Source of the DNA: an uncultured Candidatus Bathyarchaeia archaeon
GTDB lineage: Archaea > Thermoproteota > Bathyarchaeia > Bathyarchaeales > Bathyarchaeaceae
Length of the DNA stretch: 46,329 bases
Reading direction: 5' to 3'
Assembly: GCA_964618655.1 (NCBI GenBank)
Contig: CAZUFG010000002.1
Location: 1 to 46,329, forward strand
Under the pieces are notes generated by a model. It made no database searches. It saw only the letters and a program-made list of their open reading frames with translations, and had not been told where the DNA came from. The position numbers and the translations under genes are program-made. Below, one piece after another: positions 33,901 through 42,910 of the stretch (position 1 is the first letter of the stretch; each line of letters opens with the position of its first letter).

Positions 33901-34734
33901 TTGATAACGGTGGAGGTTCAGATCATAGAGAAAACCGATACTACTATGCGATTTGTTATTCACGGAACTGACGCTTCTTTTGTCAATGCTCTGCGCAGAA
34001 TTATGCTTTCAGAAGTCCCATCTATGGCAATAGACGAAGTTGTCATCATTGAAAATTCTTCCATACTTCATGACGAGATTCTAGCCCACCGACTGGGGCT
34101 CATTCCACTGAAGACCGATCTTGAATCTTACAATCTTCCCGAAGATTGCACCTGCAAAAGCGAGTTCGGATGTAACCTCTGTCGAGTAGCCTTAACATTG
34201 GATGTTGAAGCAGGTGAATACGCCAGAACTGTTTATTCGGGAGACATACGTTCAGAGAATCCCGCCATCATACCAGTCAGTGACAAAATTCTCATAGTGA
34301 AGTTTGCGCCAGGTCAGAAAATAAGGTTGGAGGCATACGCTCGTCTGGGGAAGGGCAGAGACCATGCAAAATGGCAACCAGTTTCGGCTTGTGCCTATAA
34401 ATACTTACCGCAGATCAAAATAGACGGAAAACGCTGCAATGCGTGTGGCGAATGCGTTAAAATTTGTCCCAAGAAGATTTTCGTAAAAGTTGAGGGAAAA
34501 ATAGAAACTCAAAACATATTTGAATGTACTCTCTGCCAAGACTGTATTGATGTCTGTCCACAAAACCCCATCGCTATTGACGTGACTTGGGACAAAACTG
34601 CGTTCATTTTTAATGTCGAATCAGCTGGGGGGCTTCCAGTAGATCGTATACTATTCGAAGCTCTCAACATCTTAGACAAGAAGTGTGAGGGCTTCCTCGA
34701 CCAGCTAATGGTGAAAGAGAGTGAAACAGATTAG
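33901..34734 (+). CDS. rpoD: DNA-directed RNA polymerase subunit D (Rpo3) with two ferredoxin-type Cys motifs
   Basis: FVNALRRIMLSEVPSMAIDEV is an alpha-like motif. CNACGECVKICP and CTLCQDCIDVCP are also present. TTG start; GTG 33910 is an alternative. Confidence 0.9.
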   Translation: MITVEVQIIEKTDTTMRFVIHGTDASFVNALRRIMLSEVPSMAIDEVVIIENSSILHDEILAHRLGLIPLKTDLESYNLPEDCTCKSEFGCNLCRVALTLDVEAGEYARTVYSGDIRSENPAIIPVSDKILIVKFAPGQKIRLEAYARLGKGRDHAKWQPVSACAYKYLPQIKIDGKRCNACGECVKICPKKIFVKVEGKIETQNIFECTLCQDCIDVCPQNPIAIDVTWDKTAFIFNVESAGGLPVDRILFEALNILDKKCEGFLDQLMVKESETD

Positions 34735-35083
34735 AGCAACTAACCCAGAGTTGATTATCCTTATTCGGTCCTTGAGAAAGAAAGCTCGAGAGAGCCAAGC
34801 TGGAATATGGAGAGACATTGCAAACTACTTGTCACGTTCAAAGCGGAGGCGCGTAGCCATAAATGTGAGCCGACTGAACCGCTGTACCCAAAAAGGAGAA
34901 ACCGTGGCGGTTCCTGGCAAGGTTTTAGGCGCTGGAAGAATTGACCATCCAATAAATGTGGCAGCCTTCGCATTCTCGGAGCAAGCGAAATCAAAGATTC
35001 TAGAAGCTAAAGGAAAATGCTTATCCTTTTCTGAATTGGTGGAGAAAAACCCAAAAGGCACCAATGTTAAAATCCTTGGGTGA
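34721..35083 (+). CDS. rpl18e: 50S ribosomal protein eL18
   Basis: GTG start. TNPELIILIRSLRKKARESQAGIWRDIA is the L18e N-terminus. Confidence 0.9.
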   Translation: MKQIRATNPELIILIRSLRKKARESQAGIWRDIANYLSRSKRRRVAINVSRLNRCTQKGETVAVPGKVLGAGRIDHPINVAAFAFSEQAKSKILEAKGKCLSFSELVEKNPKGTNVKILG

Positions 35084-35088
35084 ATAAA

Positions 35089-35529
35089 ATGGCAACCGAA
35101 CAGGCTACAATAGTTGATGCAACCGGGCTGCTTCTTGGCCGAATGGCCAGCATCATAGCTAAACGACTCTTGCAGGGCGAAACAATCATAATCATAAACG
35201 CGGAAAAAGCGGCGATATCTGGGAAAAGGCTTAGTAAAGTTGGAGAGGCGAAAAGGTTCCTCGAGGTTGGGCACCCGAGAAGAGGGCCATTCCATTATAA
35301 GAGACCTGATCGGTTTGTTCGGCGAACCATTCGAGGCATGCTTCCGCGGAAGAAACCTAAGGGACAGCAGGCGTATAAAAGGCTTCAAGTTTTCGTTGGG
35401 GTGCCTGAAGAGTTTAAAGGTAAAGAAATGCAGACCATACCTGACGCTGACGCGGAGAAGTTAAGATGCCCGTTCATATCCGTCGGAGAACTAACAAAAG
35501 AGATTGGATGGGCTTCGGCTGGTGAGTAA
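35089..35529 (+). CDS. rpl13: 50S ribosomal protein uL13
   Basis: IVDATGLLLGRMASIIAKRLLQGE is the L13 motif. ATG 35089; an in-frame GTG at 35080 is also possible. Confidence 0.93.
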   Translation: MATEQATIVDATGLLLGRMASIIAKRLLQGETIIIINAEKAAISGKRLSKVGEAKRFLEVGHPRRGPFHYKRPDRFVRRTIRGMLPRKKPKGQQAYKRLQVFVGVPEEFKGKEMQTIPDADAEKLRCPFISVGELTKEIGWASAGE

Positions 35530-35943
35530 ATGTCAAGTTCGAAAAGGATTCTGTTAACTAGTGGAAAACGAAAAACCGCCATCGCCCGAGCGACAGTAAG
35601 GCTTGGAAAAGGAAGAGTTCGCATAAACAACGTTCCAGTTGAGATTTTTGAACCAAAAATAGCCCGTGACAAGATCATGGAACCCCTTCTTCAAACCGAC
35701 GACAAGGTGTGGAAACAACTGGACATGGACATTAAAGTATCAGGCGGAGGCTTTATGGGACAGGCTGAGGCTGCACGCATGGCTGTTGCTAGGGCTCTTT
35801 GGAAGTGGACAAAGAGTGCCCGCCTTCAAACTGTTTTCACCGACTACGACCGAACTATGATTGCTGGTGACTCACGGCGAAAAGAACCCAAAAAGGTTGG
35901 CGGTCCGGGAGCGAGAGCCAAGGACCAGAAGAGTTATAGATAG
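35530..35943 (+). CDS. rps9: 30S ribosomal protein uS9
   Basis: [13 protein letters not shown]...[19 protein letters not shown]...[16 protein letters not shown] is the S9 pattern. Confidence 0.94.
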   Translation: MSSSKRILLTSGKRKTAIARATVRLGKGRVRINNVPVEIFEPKIARDKIMEPLLQTDDKVWKQLDMDIKVSGGGFMGQAEAARMAVARALWKWTKSARLQTVFTDYDRTMIAGDSRRKEPKKVGGPGARAKDQKSYR

Positions 35944-35974
35944 TTTGATTGGGTGATTGAAGAGGTCTGTCAAA

Positions 35975-36202
35975 ATGATTATACCAGTACGTTGCTTCAC
36001 GTGTGGGAAGTTGATTGCCGATAAGTGGGAAGACTTTGCTAAGCGAGTAAAGGCAGGAGAAGACTCGGGAAAGGTTCTAGATAGTCTCGGAGTGACGCGG
36101 TATTGTTGCCGTCGCATGCTTTTGTCTCATGTAGAGATAATCGACGAAGTTCTCAAGTTTTATGGAGAAAGCCGAAAAGAGAAGGAAGCGAAAACAGCCT
36201 AA
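35975..36202 (+). CDS. rpoN: DNA-directed RNA polymerase subunit N (Rpo10), with a short KE-rich C-terminal extension
   Basis: [21 protein letters not shown]...[15 protein letters not shown] is the Rpb10 zinc-bundle motif. The track ORF starts at 35957. Confidence 0.9.
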   Translation: MIIPVRCFTCGKLIADKWEDFAKRVKAGEDSGKVLDSLGVTRYCCRRMLLSHVEIIDEVLKFYGESRKEKEAKTA

Positions 36203-36215
36203 CGAGGATATCAAC

Positions 36216-37466
36216 GTGTCAACGATCATCGAAGAGGTCACTGCCCGAAAGATTTTCGACAGCCGAGGAGAAGAAACCATAGAAGTTGACGTAACAACAG
36301 CCGCAGGGTTTGGAAGGGCTTCCGCTCCAGCCGGCGCCAGCAGAGGAAAGGCTGAAGCAGTTCCGTATCCTGAGGGCGGAGTAAACGAAGCAATAAGAAG
36401 AGTTGAGGAACTAATCGCTCCAGAACTAATCGGCATGGAAGCGGATGAGCAGAAAGAGGTTGATATACTCCTTCATGAAATCGACAAAACTGAGGATTTT
36501 AGAAACGTTGGCGGAAACACGGCTTACGCGGTTTCACTTGCTGTTGCGGAAGCTGCTGCTACTTCATATGGTGTGCCACTGTTTCAGCATCTGGCTGGCT
36601 ATCTTGCAAGCGAGCTTCCATATCCGTTGGGAAACGTCTTGGGTGGGGGAAAACATGCTCGTGGGAAGACGCCCGACATTCAAGAGTTCTTAGTTCTCCC
36701 CCTCAAAGCGCGCGTTTTTTCGGACGCTGCAAAAGCGAATGTTTTTGTCTATCAGAAGGTTGGTTCCATCCTTCAAAAGAAGGATGTAGCATTCACTGGT
36801 GGAAGAGGAGACGAAGGAGCCTGGGCTCCCAACATAAAAAATGAAGAGGCTCTAGAAATTATGGCGAAGGCATGTGAAGAAGCTTCTGGGGAGTTGGGAG
36901 TTGACTGTAGAGTCGGCGTAGATGTTGCCGCTTCTACTCTGTGGAAGCCAAAAGAAAACTGCTACATTTATAATCAGGATGGAGTGAAAAGAAGTTCAGG
37001 CGAACAACTGGATTTTATGACGCATCTGATAGAAAAGTTCAACCTAGCTTATGTTGAAGACCCTTTCCATGAAGAAGATTTTGAGAGTTTTGCAGAACTC
37101 ACCAAGAAAGTTAAGAAATGCCTTGTTTGTGGCGATGACTTGTTTGTGACAAACAGAAAAAGACTTGCTGAAGGGGTGAGAGTTGACGCCGCAAACGCTA
37201 TCATCATAAAAACTAATCAGGTAGGAACTCTCACAGATGCTTGGGAAGCCACTAAAGCGGCTAGAAAAGCTCATTACATGCCAGTTATGTCTCACCGGTC
37301 TGGTGAAACAACGGAAGCTCACATAGCTCATCTAGCCGTGGCGTTCCACTGCCCAATCATCAAAACTGGTGTGGTAGAAGGGGCACGGGTAGCCAAAATT
37401 AATGAGCTCATTCGAATAGAAGAAACGCTTGGAAATAGAGCGGCGATGCCTATTTTTTCATTTTAG
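36216..37466 (+). CDS. eno: Enolase (phosphopyruvate hydratase)
   Basis: GTG 36216 after GAGGA and the rpoN stop (the track ORF starts at 36162). IFDSRGEETIEVDV and SHRSGETTEAHIAHLAVA are enolase motifs. Confidence 0.92.
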   Translation: MSTIIEEVTARKIFDSRGEETIEVDVTTAAGFGRASAPAGASRGKAEAVPYPEGGVNEAIRRVEELIAPELIGMEADEQKEVDILLHEIDKTEDFRNVGGNTAYAVSLAVAEAAATSYGVPLFQHLAGYLASELPYPLGNVLGGGKHARGKTPDIQEFLVLPLKARVFSDAAKANVFVYQKVGSILQKKDVAFTGGRGDEGAWAPNIKNEEALEIMAKACEEASGELGVDCRVGVDVAASTLWKPKENCYIYNQDGVKRSSGEQLDFMTHLIEKFNLAYVEDPFHEEDFESFAELTKKVKKCLVCGDDLFVTNRKRLAEGVRVDAANAIIIKTNQVGTLTDAWEATKAARKAHYMPVMSHRSGETTEAHIAHLAVAFHCPIIKTGVVEGARVAKINELIRIEETLGNRAAMPIFSF

Positions 37467-37478
37467 GAGGAAAAGTTT

Positions 37479-38168
37479 GTGTCAGAAGAAGAGAAAAAAG
37501 AAAAGAAAAAGGAAGAAATAAAAGAAGAAACGAAAGAAGAGGCTGAAGTCCCAGCCGAAGAAGTCCTTCTCTTACCCCGAGACACGCTTCTTTCAGCGGG
37601 CATCCACATCGGCACTAGAATGAGAACAAAAGACATGGACACGTTTATCTACCGTGTCAGACCTGATGGCCTATTTGTCTTAGACGTTAAAAAAACAGAC
37701 GAACGCATAAGAGCCACCGCCAAATTCCTAGCCAGATTTGAACCGTCTAAAGTTGCTGCTGTGGCGGCGAGACTATACGGACGTGACCCAGTGCAGAAAT
37801 TTTGTGAAGTGACAGGGGCAACTCCAATCGTGGGGCGTTTCATTCCGGGGATGCTTTCGAATCCCCTTTATCCGAACCGCGTTGAGCCTAGCGTAGTGGT
37901 AGTGTCTGACCCTCGGGCTGATGCTCAGGCGGTAAGGGAAGCCTCAACCATCGGCGTTCCCGTGATCGCGCTTTGCAGCACAGACAACGAGTTCAGCGAC
38001 GTAGATTTGGTTATACCCACAAACAACAAGGGTAGGCGAGCCCTAGCAGTCATTTACTGGCTTCTTGCCCGACAAATACTGCGTGAAAGAGGCGAGGTAC
38101 CGCCTGACGGAGAAATCAGCGCCTCCATCGACGACTTTGAAGTAAAACTAGCTAAAGAGGAACAGTGA
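37479..38168 (+). CDS. rps2: 30S ribosomal protein uS2, with a KE-rich N-terminal extension
   Basis: LLSAGIHIGTRMRTKDM...VVVSDPRADAQAVREAS..GVPVIALCSTDN is the S2 pattern. Confidence 0.93.
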   Translation: MSEEEKKEKKKEEIKEETKEEAEVPAEEVLLLPRDTLLSAGIHIGTRMRTKDMDTFIYRVRPDGLFVLDVKKTDERIRATAKFLARFEPSKVAAVAARLYGRDPVQKFCEVTGATPIVGRFIPGMLSNPLYPNRVEPSVVVVSDPRADAQAVREASTIGVPVIALCSTDNEFSDVDLVIPTNNKGRRALAVIYWLLARQILRERGEVPPDGEISASIDDFEVKLAKEEQ

Positions 38169-38179
38169 AGGGATGAAAA

Positions 38180-39028
38180 TTGAAGGTTAGGCACCCCTGT
38201 CGGGCGGGTATGTTTTACGCTGGCACCCCTCAATCACTGAAGGCTCAAATAGAGGAATGCTTCACCCACAAGTTTGGCCCAGGCAACCTTCCTAAGGCGG
38301 TAGAAGAAGGTCCACGCAACCTAGTAGGTCTCATTTGTCCTCATGCAGGATACGCGTATTCAGGACCTGTGGCTGCGCATTCATATTTCAGTCTTGCAAT
38401 GGACGGCAAACCAGACATTATCGTTGTCTTCGGTCCAAATCATACAGGAAGCGGAAGTGCACTAGCTATTATGAAGGAGGGAGTTTGGCGCACTCCTCTG
38501 GGGGACGTAGAAGTCGACACTGAAACCGCTACACAGATTTTGCGCGAGTCCCGCATCATCGACGTCGACGATTCGGCGCACATGTATGAATATTCCATCG
38601 AGGTTCAGCTTCCATTTCTACAGTTTTTGTACAGCAAAGCCTTCAAGTTCGTGCCCATCTGCTTCCTCATGCAAGATTTAGAATCCAGCCGTGAGGTGGG
38701 ACAGGCTGTAGGAAAAGCGTTGTCAGGCAAAAACGCCCTAGTGATTGCCTCCACGGACATGACTCATTACGAGTCCCAAGAAAGGGCTGAGCGAAAAGAC
38801 AAGATGGCTATCGACGCCATCGAAAAACTAGACGAAGAACGTTACTATTCCACCGTGGAATCCTATAACATATCCACATGCGGCTACGGTCCAACAGTAG
38901 CCACAATTACCGCAGCCAAGGCGTTGGGCGCCAAAAAGGCTCGGCTGTTGTGTTATAAAACGAGCGGGGAAATAATCGGAGACTACTCCGCTGTAGTGGG
39001 CTACGCTTCTATCTCATTTACAAAATAA
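38180..39028 (+). CDS. MEMO1-family protein (AmmeMemoRadiSam system protein B-like)
   Basis: RHPCRAGMFYAGTP..., CPHAGYAYSGPVAAHSY and GPNHTG are MEMO motifs. The position between rps2 and mvk is conserved in archaea. Confidence 0.85.
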   Translation: MKVRHPCRAGMFYAGTPQSLKAQIEECFTHKFGPGNLPKAVEEGPRNLVGLICPHAGYAYSGPVAAHSYFSLAMDGKPDIIVVFGPNHTGSGSALAIMKEGVWRTPLGDVEVDTETATQILRESRIIDVDDSAHMYEYSIEVQLPFLQFLYSKAFKFVPICFLMQDLESSREVGQAVGKALSGKNALVIASTDMTHYESQERAERKDKMAIDAIEKLDEERYYSTVESYNISTCGYGPTVATITAAKALGAKKARLLCYKTSGEIIGDYSAVVGYASISFTK

Positions 39029-39029
39029 C

Positions 39030-40022
39030 GTGTGGGACGATTCATTGGAGGTAAAAGCCTCAGCACCAGCCAAAACCATACTTTTCGGGGAACACTTTGT
39101 CGTTTACGGCGAACCAGCACTTGTCCTCGCCATCGACAACCGCGCCCACGCATCAGCCAAAATAAGGGCGGATCAACGTATACATGTAAAGTCTCCTAGC
39201 TTGGGCTTTTCAGGCTTTTTTGAAGGAGAAGTCTTTCAAGCAGAACGCGGTGGCGAAGAGGCTCGTGTGAAGCTTGAACCCATCAAGATAGCGGTTCAAA
39301 AAGTTTTAGACCTCTCAAAGAAGGAGGTTGGTGTAAACGTGGAAGTTCGCTCTTCTATTCCTGTTGCTGCTGGCTTAGGTTCTTCTGCGGCTGTTGCTGC
39401 TTCTGTAGCCGCTGCGGTAGGACAACTCTTAAACATGAAATTGTCTAAAGAAGAGATTTTTCGAATCGCTTTTGAGGCAGAGCGTTTTGTGCATGGCACT
39501 CCGTCGGGCATAGACCCAGCAGTCTCCACTTATGGCGGAGTTCTCTTATTCTACAAGGATAAGGGCTTTACCCGCATAGATGTGGAAGAAGACATACCAT
39601 TGGTGATTGGTTATACGGGAGTAGAACGTTCAACAGGCGAGCTGGTTGCCAGAGTTCGAGAAGGATGGGAACATTATCCCTCCATATTTGATCGTATCTT
39701 CAAAACTGGAGGAAAGGTTGTTCTTCGCGCTGTTAGGGCGCTGAAGATTGGCGACTTTCATGCACTTGGCGAATTAATGAACATCAATCATGAGTTGCTC
39801 TGCGCAGTAGGCGTCTCTGACGAGTCTATTGAAAGGCTAGTTTATGCAGCGAGAAAGGCGGGTGCGTTGGGGGCAAAACTCACAGGCGCAGGCGGCGGAG
39901 GATGCATGATCGCCCTGTCTCTTCCCGAGAAGCAAGAACAAGTGGTCAAAGCCATAGAACGTGCTGGCGGAACAGCCTTCATCGCGAGAAAAACCGAAGA
40001 AGGTGTGCGAATTGAACGTTAA
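39030..40022 (+). CDS. mvk: Mevalonate kinase
   Basis: GHMP kinase motifs are present: SAPAKTILFGEHFVVYG, PVAAGLGSSAAV and KLTGAGGGGCMIAL. Confidence 0.92.
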   Translation: MWDDSLEVKASAPAKTILFGEHFVVYGEPALVLAIDNRAHASAKIRADQRIHVKSPSLGFSGFFEGEVFQAERGGEEARVKLEPIKIAVQKVLDLSKKEVGVNVEVRSSIPVAAGLGSSAAVAASVAAAVGQLLNMKLSKEEIFRIAFEAERFVHGTPSGIDPAVSTYGGVLLFYKDKGFTRIDVEEDIPLVIGYTGVERSTGELVARVREGWEHYPSIFDRIFKTGGKVVLRAVRALKIGDFHALGELMNINHELLCAVGVSDESIERLVYAARKAGALGAKLTGAGGGGCMIALSLPEKQEQVVKAIERAGGTAFIARKTEEGVRIER

Positions 40023-40806
40023 GCCAACGGTTCTGAAGCTTGGCGGTTCCGTAATAACTCAAAAAGGAAAGGCTTTGACCCCAAACTTGCCAGCAATAAG
40101 GCGTTTGGCTCGTGAAATTTCAGAGGCTAAAGTTTCGCGTCTTGTTATTGTTCATGGTGGCGGCTCGTTCGGGCACCCCATCGCAAAGCAGTATAACATA
40201 AAAGAGGGCTACAGAGGTTTTTCACAGATTATTGGTTTTTCAAAGACCCACCAGGCAATGACTACGCTAAACAAGTTAGTTGTTGATTCTCTAATACGGC
40301 ATAATATTCCAGCGGTTGAGATACAACCTTCTTCTTGTATCGTTACGAAGCGTGGTCGAATACAAATCATGGAGCAAAGACCGTTAACACAACTTTTCGA
40401 AAAGGGATTCGTGCCAGTTCTCTACGGAGACGCCGTCGTCGACTCAGACATGGGATTCGCTATCTTATCCGGCGATCAACTAATGACTTCGCTTGCGATA
40501 CAACTTGGCGCAGACCGCATGATAATTGGCGTAGATGTAGACGGACTCTACACCGCCGATCCCAAAGCCGACTCCTCCGCAAGCCTCATTCAACATCTAA
40601 CTCTGCACGAGTTGAGGGGGTTGCAACACAAAATTGAAGAAGCCAAAGTGACAGATGTCACTGGAGGCATGCTGGGAAAGATGCTCGAACTAATGCCCGC
40701 CATTGAACACGGCATCCGCGTGACTATTGTGAACGCCACAAAATCTGGCAACGTTTACAAAGCGCTTCGAAATGAAAAGGTTGCGGGAACCATCATCGAA
40801 GGGTGA
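40003..40806 (+). CDS. ipk: Isopentenyl phosphate kinase
   Basis: VLKLGGSVIT...VHGGGSFGHP is the amino-acid-kinase fold typical of IPK. The start is ambiguous (GTG 40003 or TTG 40012; the track ORF starts at 39961). It follows mvk. Confidence 0.85.
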   Translation: MCELNVKPTVLKLGGSVITQKGKALTPNLPAIRRLAREISEAKVSRLVIVHGGGSFGHPIAKQYNIKEGYRGFSQIIGFSKTHQAMTTLNKLVVDSLIRHNIPAVEIQPSSCIVTKRGRIQIMEQRPLTQLFEKGFVPVLYGDAVVDSDMGFAILSGDQLMTSLAIQLGADRMIIGVDVDGLYTADPKADSSASLIQHLTLHELRGLQHKIEEAKVTDVTGGMLGKMLELMPAIEHGIRVTIVNATKSGNVYKALRNEKVAGTIIEG

Positions 40807-41912
40807 AACAGTTGCCTAACCCGATTGAAGACAGAAAGTCTGACCACATTCAAATCTGCATAGACGAAAACGTCCAAGCCAGACAAAAAACCACAGGATT
40901 CGAAGACATATCCTTTGTACACAGAGCCTTGCCTGAAATCGAACGCGACAAAATCAACCTATCCACGACTGTTTTTGGCCACAAATTTTCCGCTCCACTT
41001 ACAGTGGAAGCAATGACTGGTGGCGCCGCAGAAACGGCGAAAATTAACGCTGCTGTTGCTGGGGCTGTTGAGAATCTAGGCCTTGGAATGGGTGTTGGAA
41101 GCCAACGAGCTGCCCTTGAGAACCCGAAAATGGAAGGCACTTTTGCCATCGCTAGGAAGAGGGCTCCGAACGCCTTTCTTATAGCCAACATCGGAGGGGC
41201 TCAACTTGTGCGTGGATACGGCTTAAAAGAAGCTAGGAAGGCAATCGACATGATGAACGCAGACGCTTTAGCCATTCATCTGAACCCATTGCAAGAAGCC
41301 GTCCAGCCAGAAGGAGAAACAAACTATGTAGGGGTTCTCAAAAAGATAGGTGAAATCGCCCAGAAACTAGACGTTCCAGTCATTGTGAAGGAAACTGGCG
41401 CAGGCATAGGGGCGGAAGAAGCCAAACAACTGGAGGCTGTCGGTGTGAAGGGCGTCGATGTGGCAGGAGTCGGCGGAACAAGCTGGGCAGCCGTGGAATA
41501 TCATCGAGCAAAAGAGCTTCGAGACGAGTTTCGTCAGAGGCTCGGCGAAGCCTTCTGGGACTGGGGCATACCCACCGCCGCCAGCCTAGTCGAAGTGGCG
41601 CGGTCCGTTCAATTAACGGTTATCGCTTCAGGCGGAGTACGTTGCGGAACTCACGTTGCGAAAGCGTTAGCCTTAGGCGCGAATTTAGCGGGCATGGCTA
41701 AGCCGATTCTGCGCCCCGCCATAAAAGGTCCTGACGAAGTTGAGAAGGCACTTCGATTTGTTATTGAAGAGTTGAGGAACGTCATGTTCCTCGTGGGCAC
41801 AGATTCCATTCAAGAGCTGAAGAAAGTTCCAGTTGTAGTAACTGGAAAAACTGGTGAGTGGCTGCGAATGCGAGGTTTTCAGCCAGAACTGTATGCGAGG
41901 CGAAAGGCTTGA
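40803..41912 (+). CDS. fni: Isopentenyl-diphosphate delta-isomerase, type 2 (FMN-dependent)
   Basis: RKSDHIQIC...MTGG...VGSQRAALE...IVKETGAGI...ASGGVR is the type-2 IDI TIM-barrel motif set. Confidence 0.9.
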   Translation: MKQLPNPIEDRKSDHIQICIDENVQARQKTTGFEDISFVHRALPEIERDKINLSTTVFGHKFSAPLTVEAMTGGAAETAKINAAVAGAVENLGLGMGVGSQRAALENPKMEGTFAIARKRAPNAFLIANIGGAQLVRGYGLKEARKAIDMMNADALAIHLNPLQEAVQPEGETNYVGVLKKIGEIAQKLDVPVIVKETGAGIGAEEAKQLEAVGVKGVDVAGVGGTSWAAVEYHRAKELRDEFRQRLGEAFWDWGIPTAASLVEVARSVQLTVIASGGVRCGTHVAKALALGANLAGMAKPILRPAIKGPDEVEKALRFVIEELRNVMFLVGTDSIQELKKVPVVVTGKTGEWLRMRGFQPELYARRKA

Positions 41913-42910
41913 GCTGTTTATCTTCTGAGTTGGAAGAAACCACAGAGAAAGTGAATCGGTTCATTGAGCGAGTTGTTAGCCTCAAGTCTGAACCCAAGCT
42001 GCTTTATGAGGCTTCTCGTCACGTAGTGAATGCTGGGGGTAAGAGACTAAGACCATACCTTGTCTTAAAGAGTTGTAAACTCGTTGGGGGAAGGGAGGAA
42101 GACGCTCTCCCAACGGCTGTTGCGCTGGAACTTCTCCACACGTTTACTCTCATTCATGACGACATTATGGATGAAGACGAAAAAAGGAGAGGGGTTCAGA
42201 CTGTTCACACTCGTTGGGGAGTGCCCATCGCAATCGTGGCTGGCGACCTTCTCTTCGCCAAAGTTTACGAAATCATCACTAAATTCACCGACCCACATCA
42301 TGTGTCGCGTAAACGCATCCTACAAGTCTTAGAAGGCGTGAGTGAAGCCACCATAGCCATCTGTGAAGGCCAAACTCTCGACATGATGTTTGAAGGTATG
42401 GAAAACATTTCTGAGGATGAGTACTTCCGAATGATTGGCGCAAAAACCGCTGCACTGTTTGAAGTCTCCGCGAAGTGTGGCGGAATCCTCGGCGGCGCAA
42501 GAAAAAGTCAAGTCGAGCAGTTGGGAAAGTTTGCTTATAACGCTGGCGTAGGGTTTCAACTGGTTGATGACGTATTAGGCTTGACCGCTGATGAAAAACT
42601 TCTCGGAAAACCCGTGGGAAGCGATATTCGTGAAGGAAAACGAACTTTGATGATGGTTCACGCGCTTAAGCACGCCTCAAAAGAACAGCGGAAAACGATT
42701 CTCGGAACTTTGGGGAATAAACAAGCTTCTCCAAGACAAGTTCGTGAAGTCGTTGGCTTAGTTGCTTCGTTGGGCTCTATTAGTTATGCCGAGAAAAAAG
42801 CGGAAGAATATATTAAAAAATCCAAGAAGGCGCTGGCAGTTTTTCCAGACACGGCGGATAAGGAAGACCTCATAAGCCTCGCCGACCTCATTTTTGCTAG
42901 AAAGTATTAA
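41909..42910 (+). CDS. idsA: Polyprenyl (geranylgeranyl) diphosphate synthase
   Basis: The first DDxxD motif is LIHDDIMDED and the second is QLVDDVLG. The TTG start overlaps the fni stop (the track ORF starts at 41858). Chain length cannot be determined from sequence. Confidence 0.88.
   Translation: MSCLSSELEETTEKVNRFIERVVSLKSEPKLLYEASRHVVNAGGKRLRPYLVLKSCKLVGGREEDALPTAVALELLHTFTLIHDDIMDEDEKRRGVQTVHTRWGVPIAIVAGDLLFAKVYEIITKFTDPHHVSRKRILQVLEGVSEATIAICEGQTLDMMFEGMENISEDEYFRMIGAKTAALFEVSAKCGGILGGARKSQVEQLGKFAYNAGVGFQLVDDVLGLTADEKLLGKPVGSDIREGKRTLMMVHALKHASKEQRKTILGTLGNKQASPRQVREVVGLVASLGSISYAEKKAEEYIKKSKKALAVFPDTADKEDLISLADLIFARKY

Noticed and set aside
37479-37562. GAA/AAG-rich tandem-looking repeats (also at 45254-45331, 8405-8533 and 11384-11488) considered as CRISPR-like or microsatellite arrays
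   Set aside because: They lie in frame within r-protein genes and encode Lys/Glu-rich tails. They have no repeat-spacer periodicity and no cas genes nearby.
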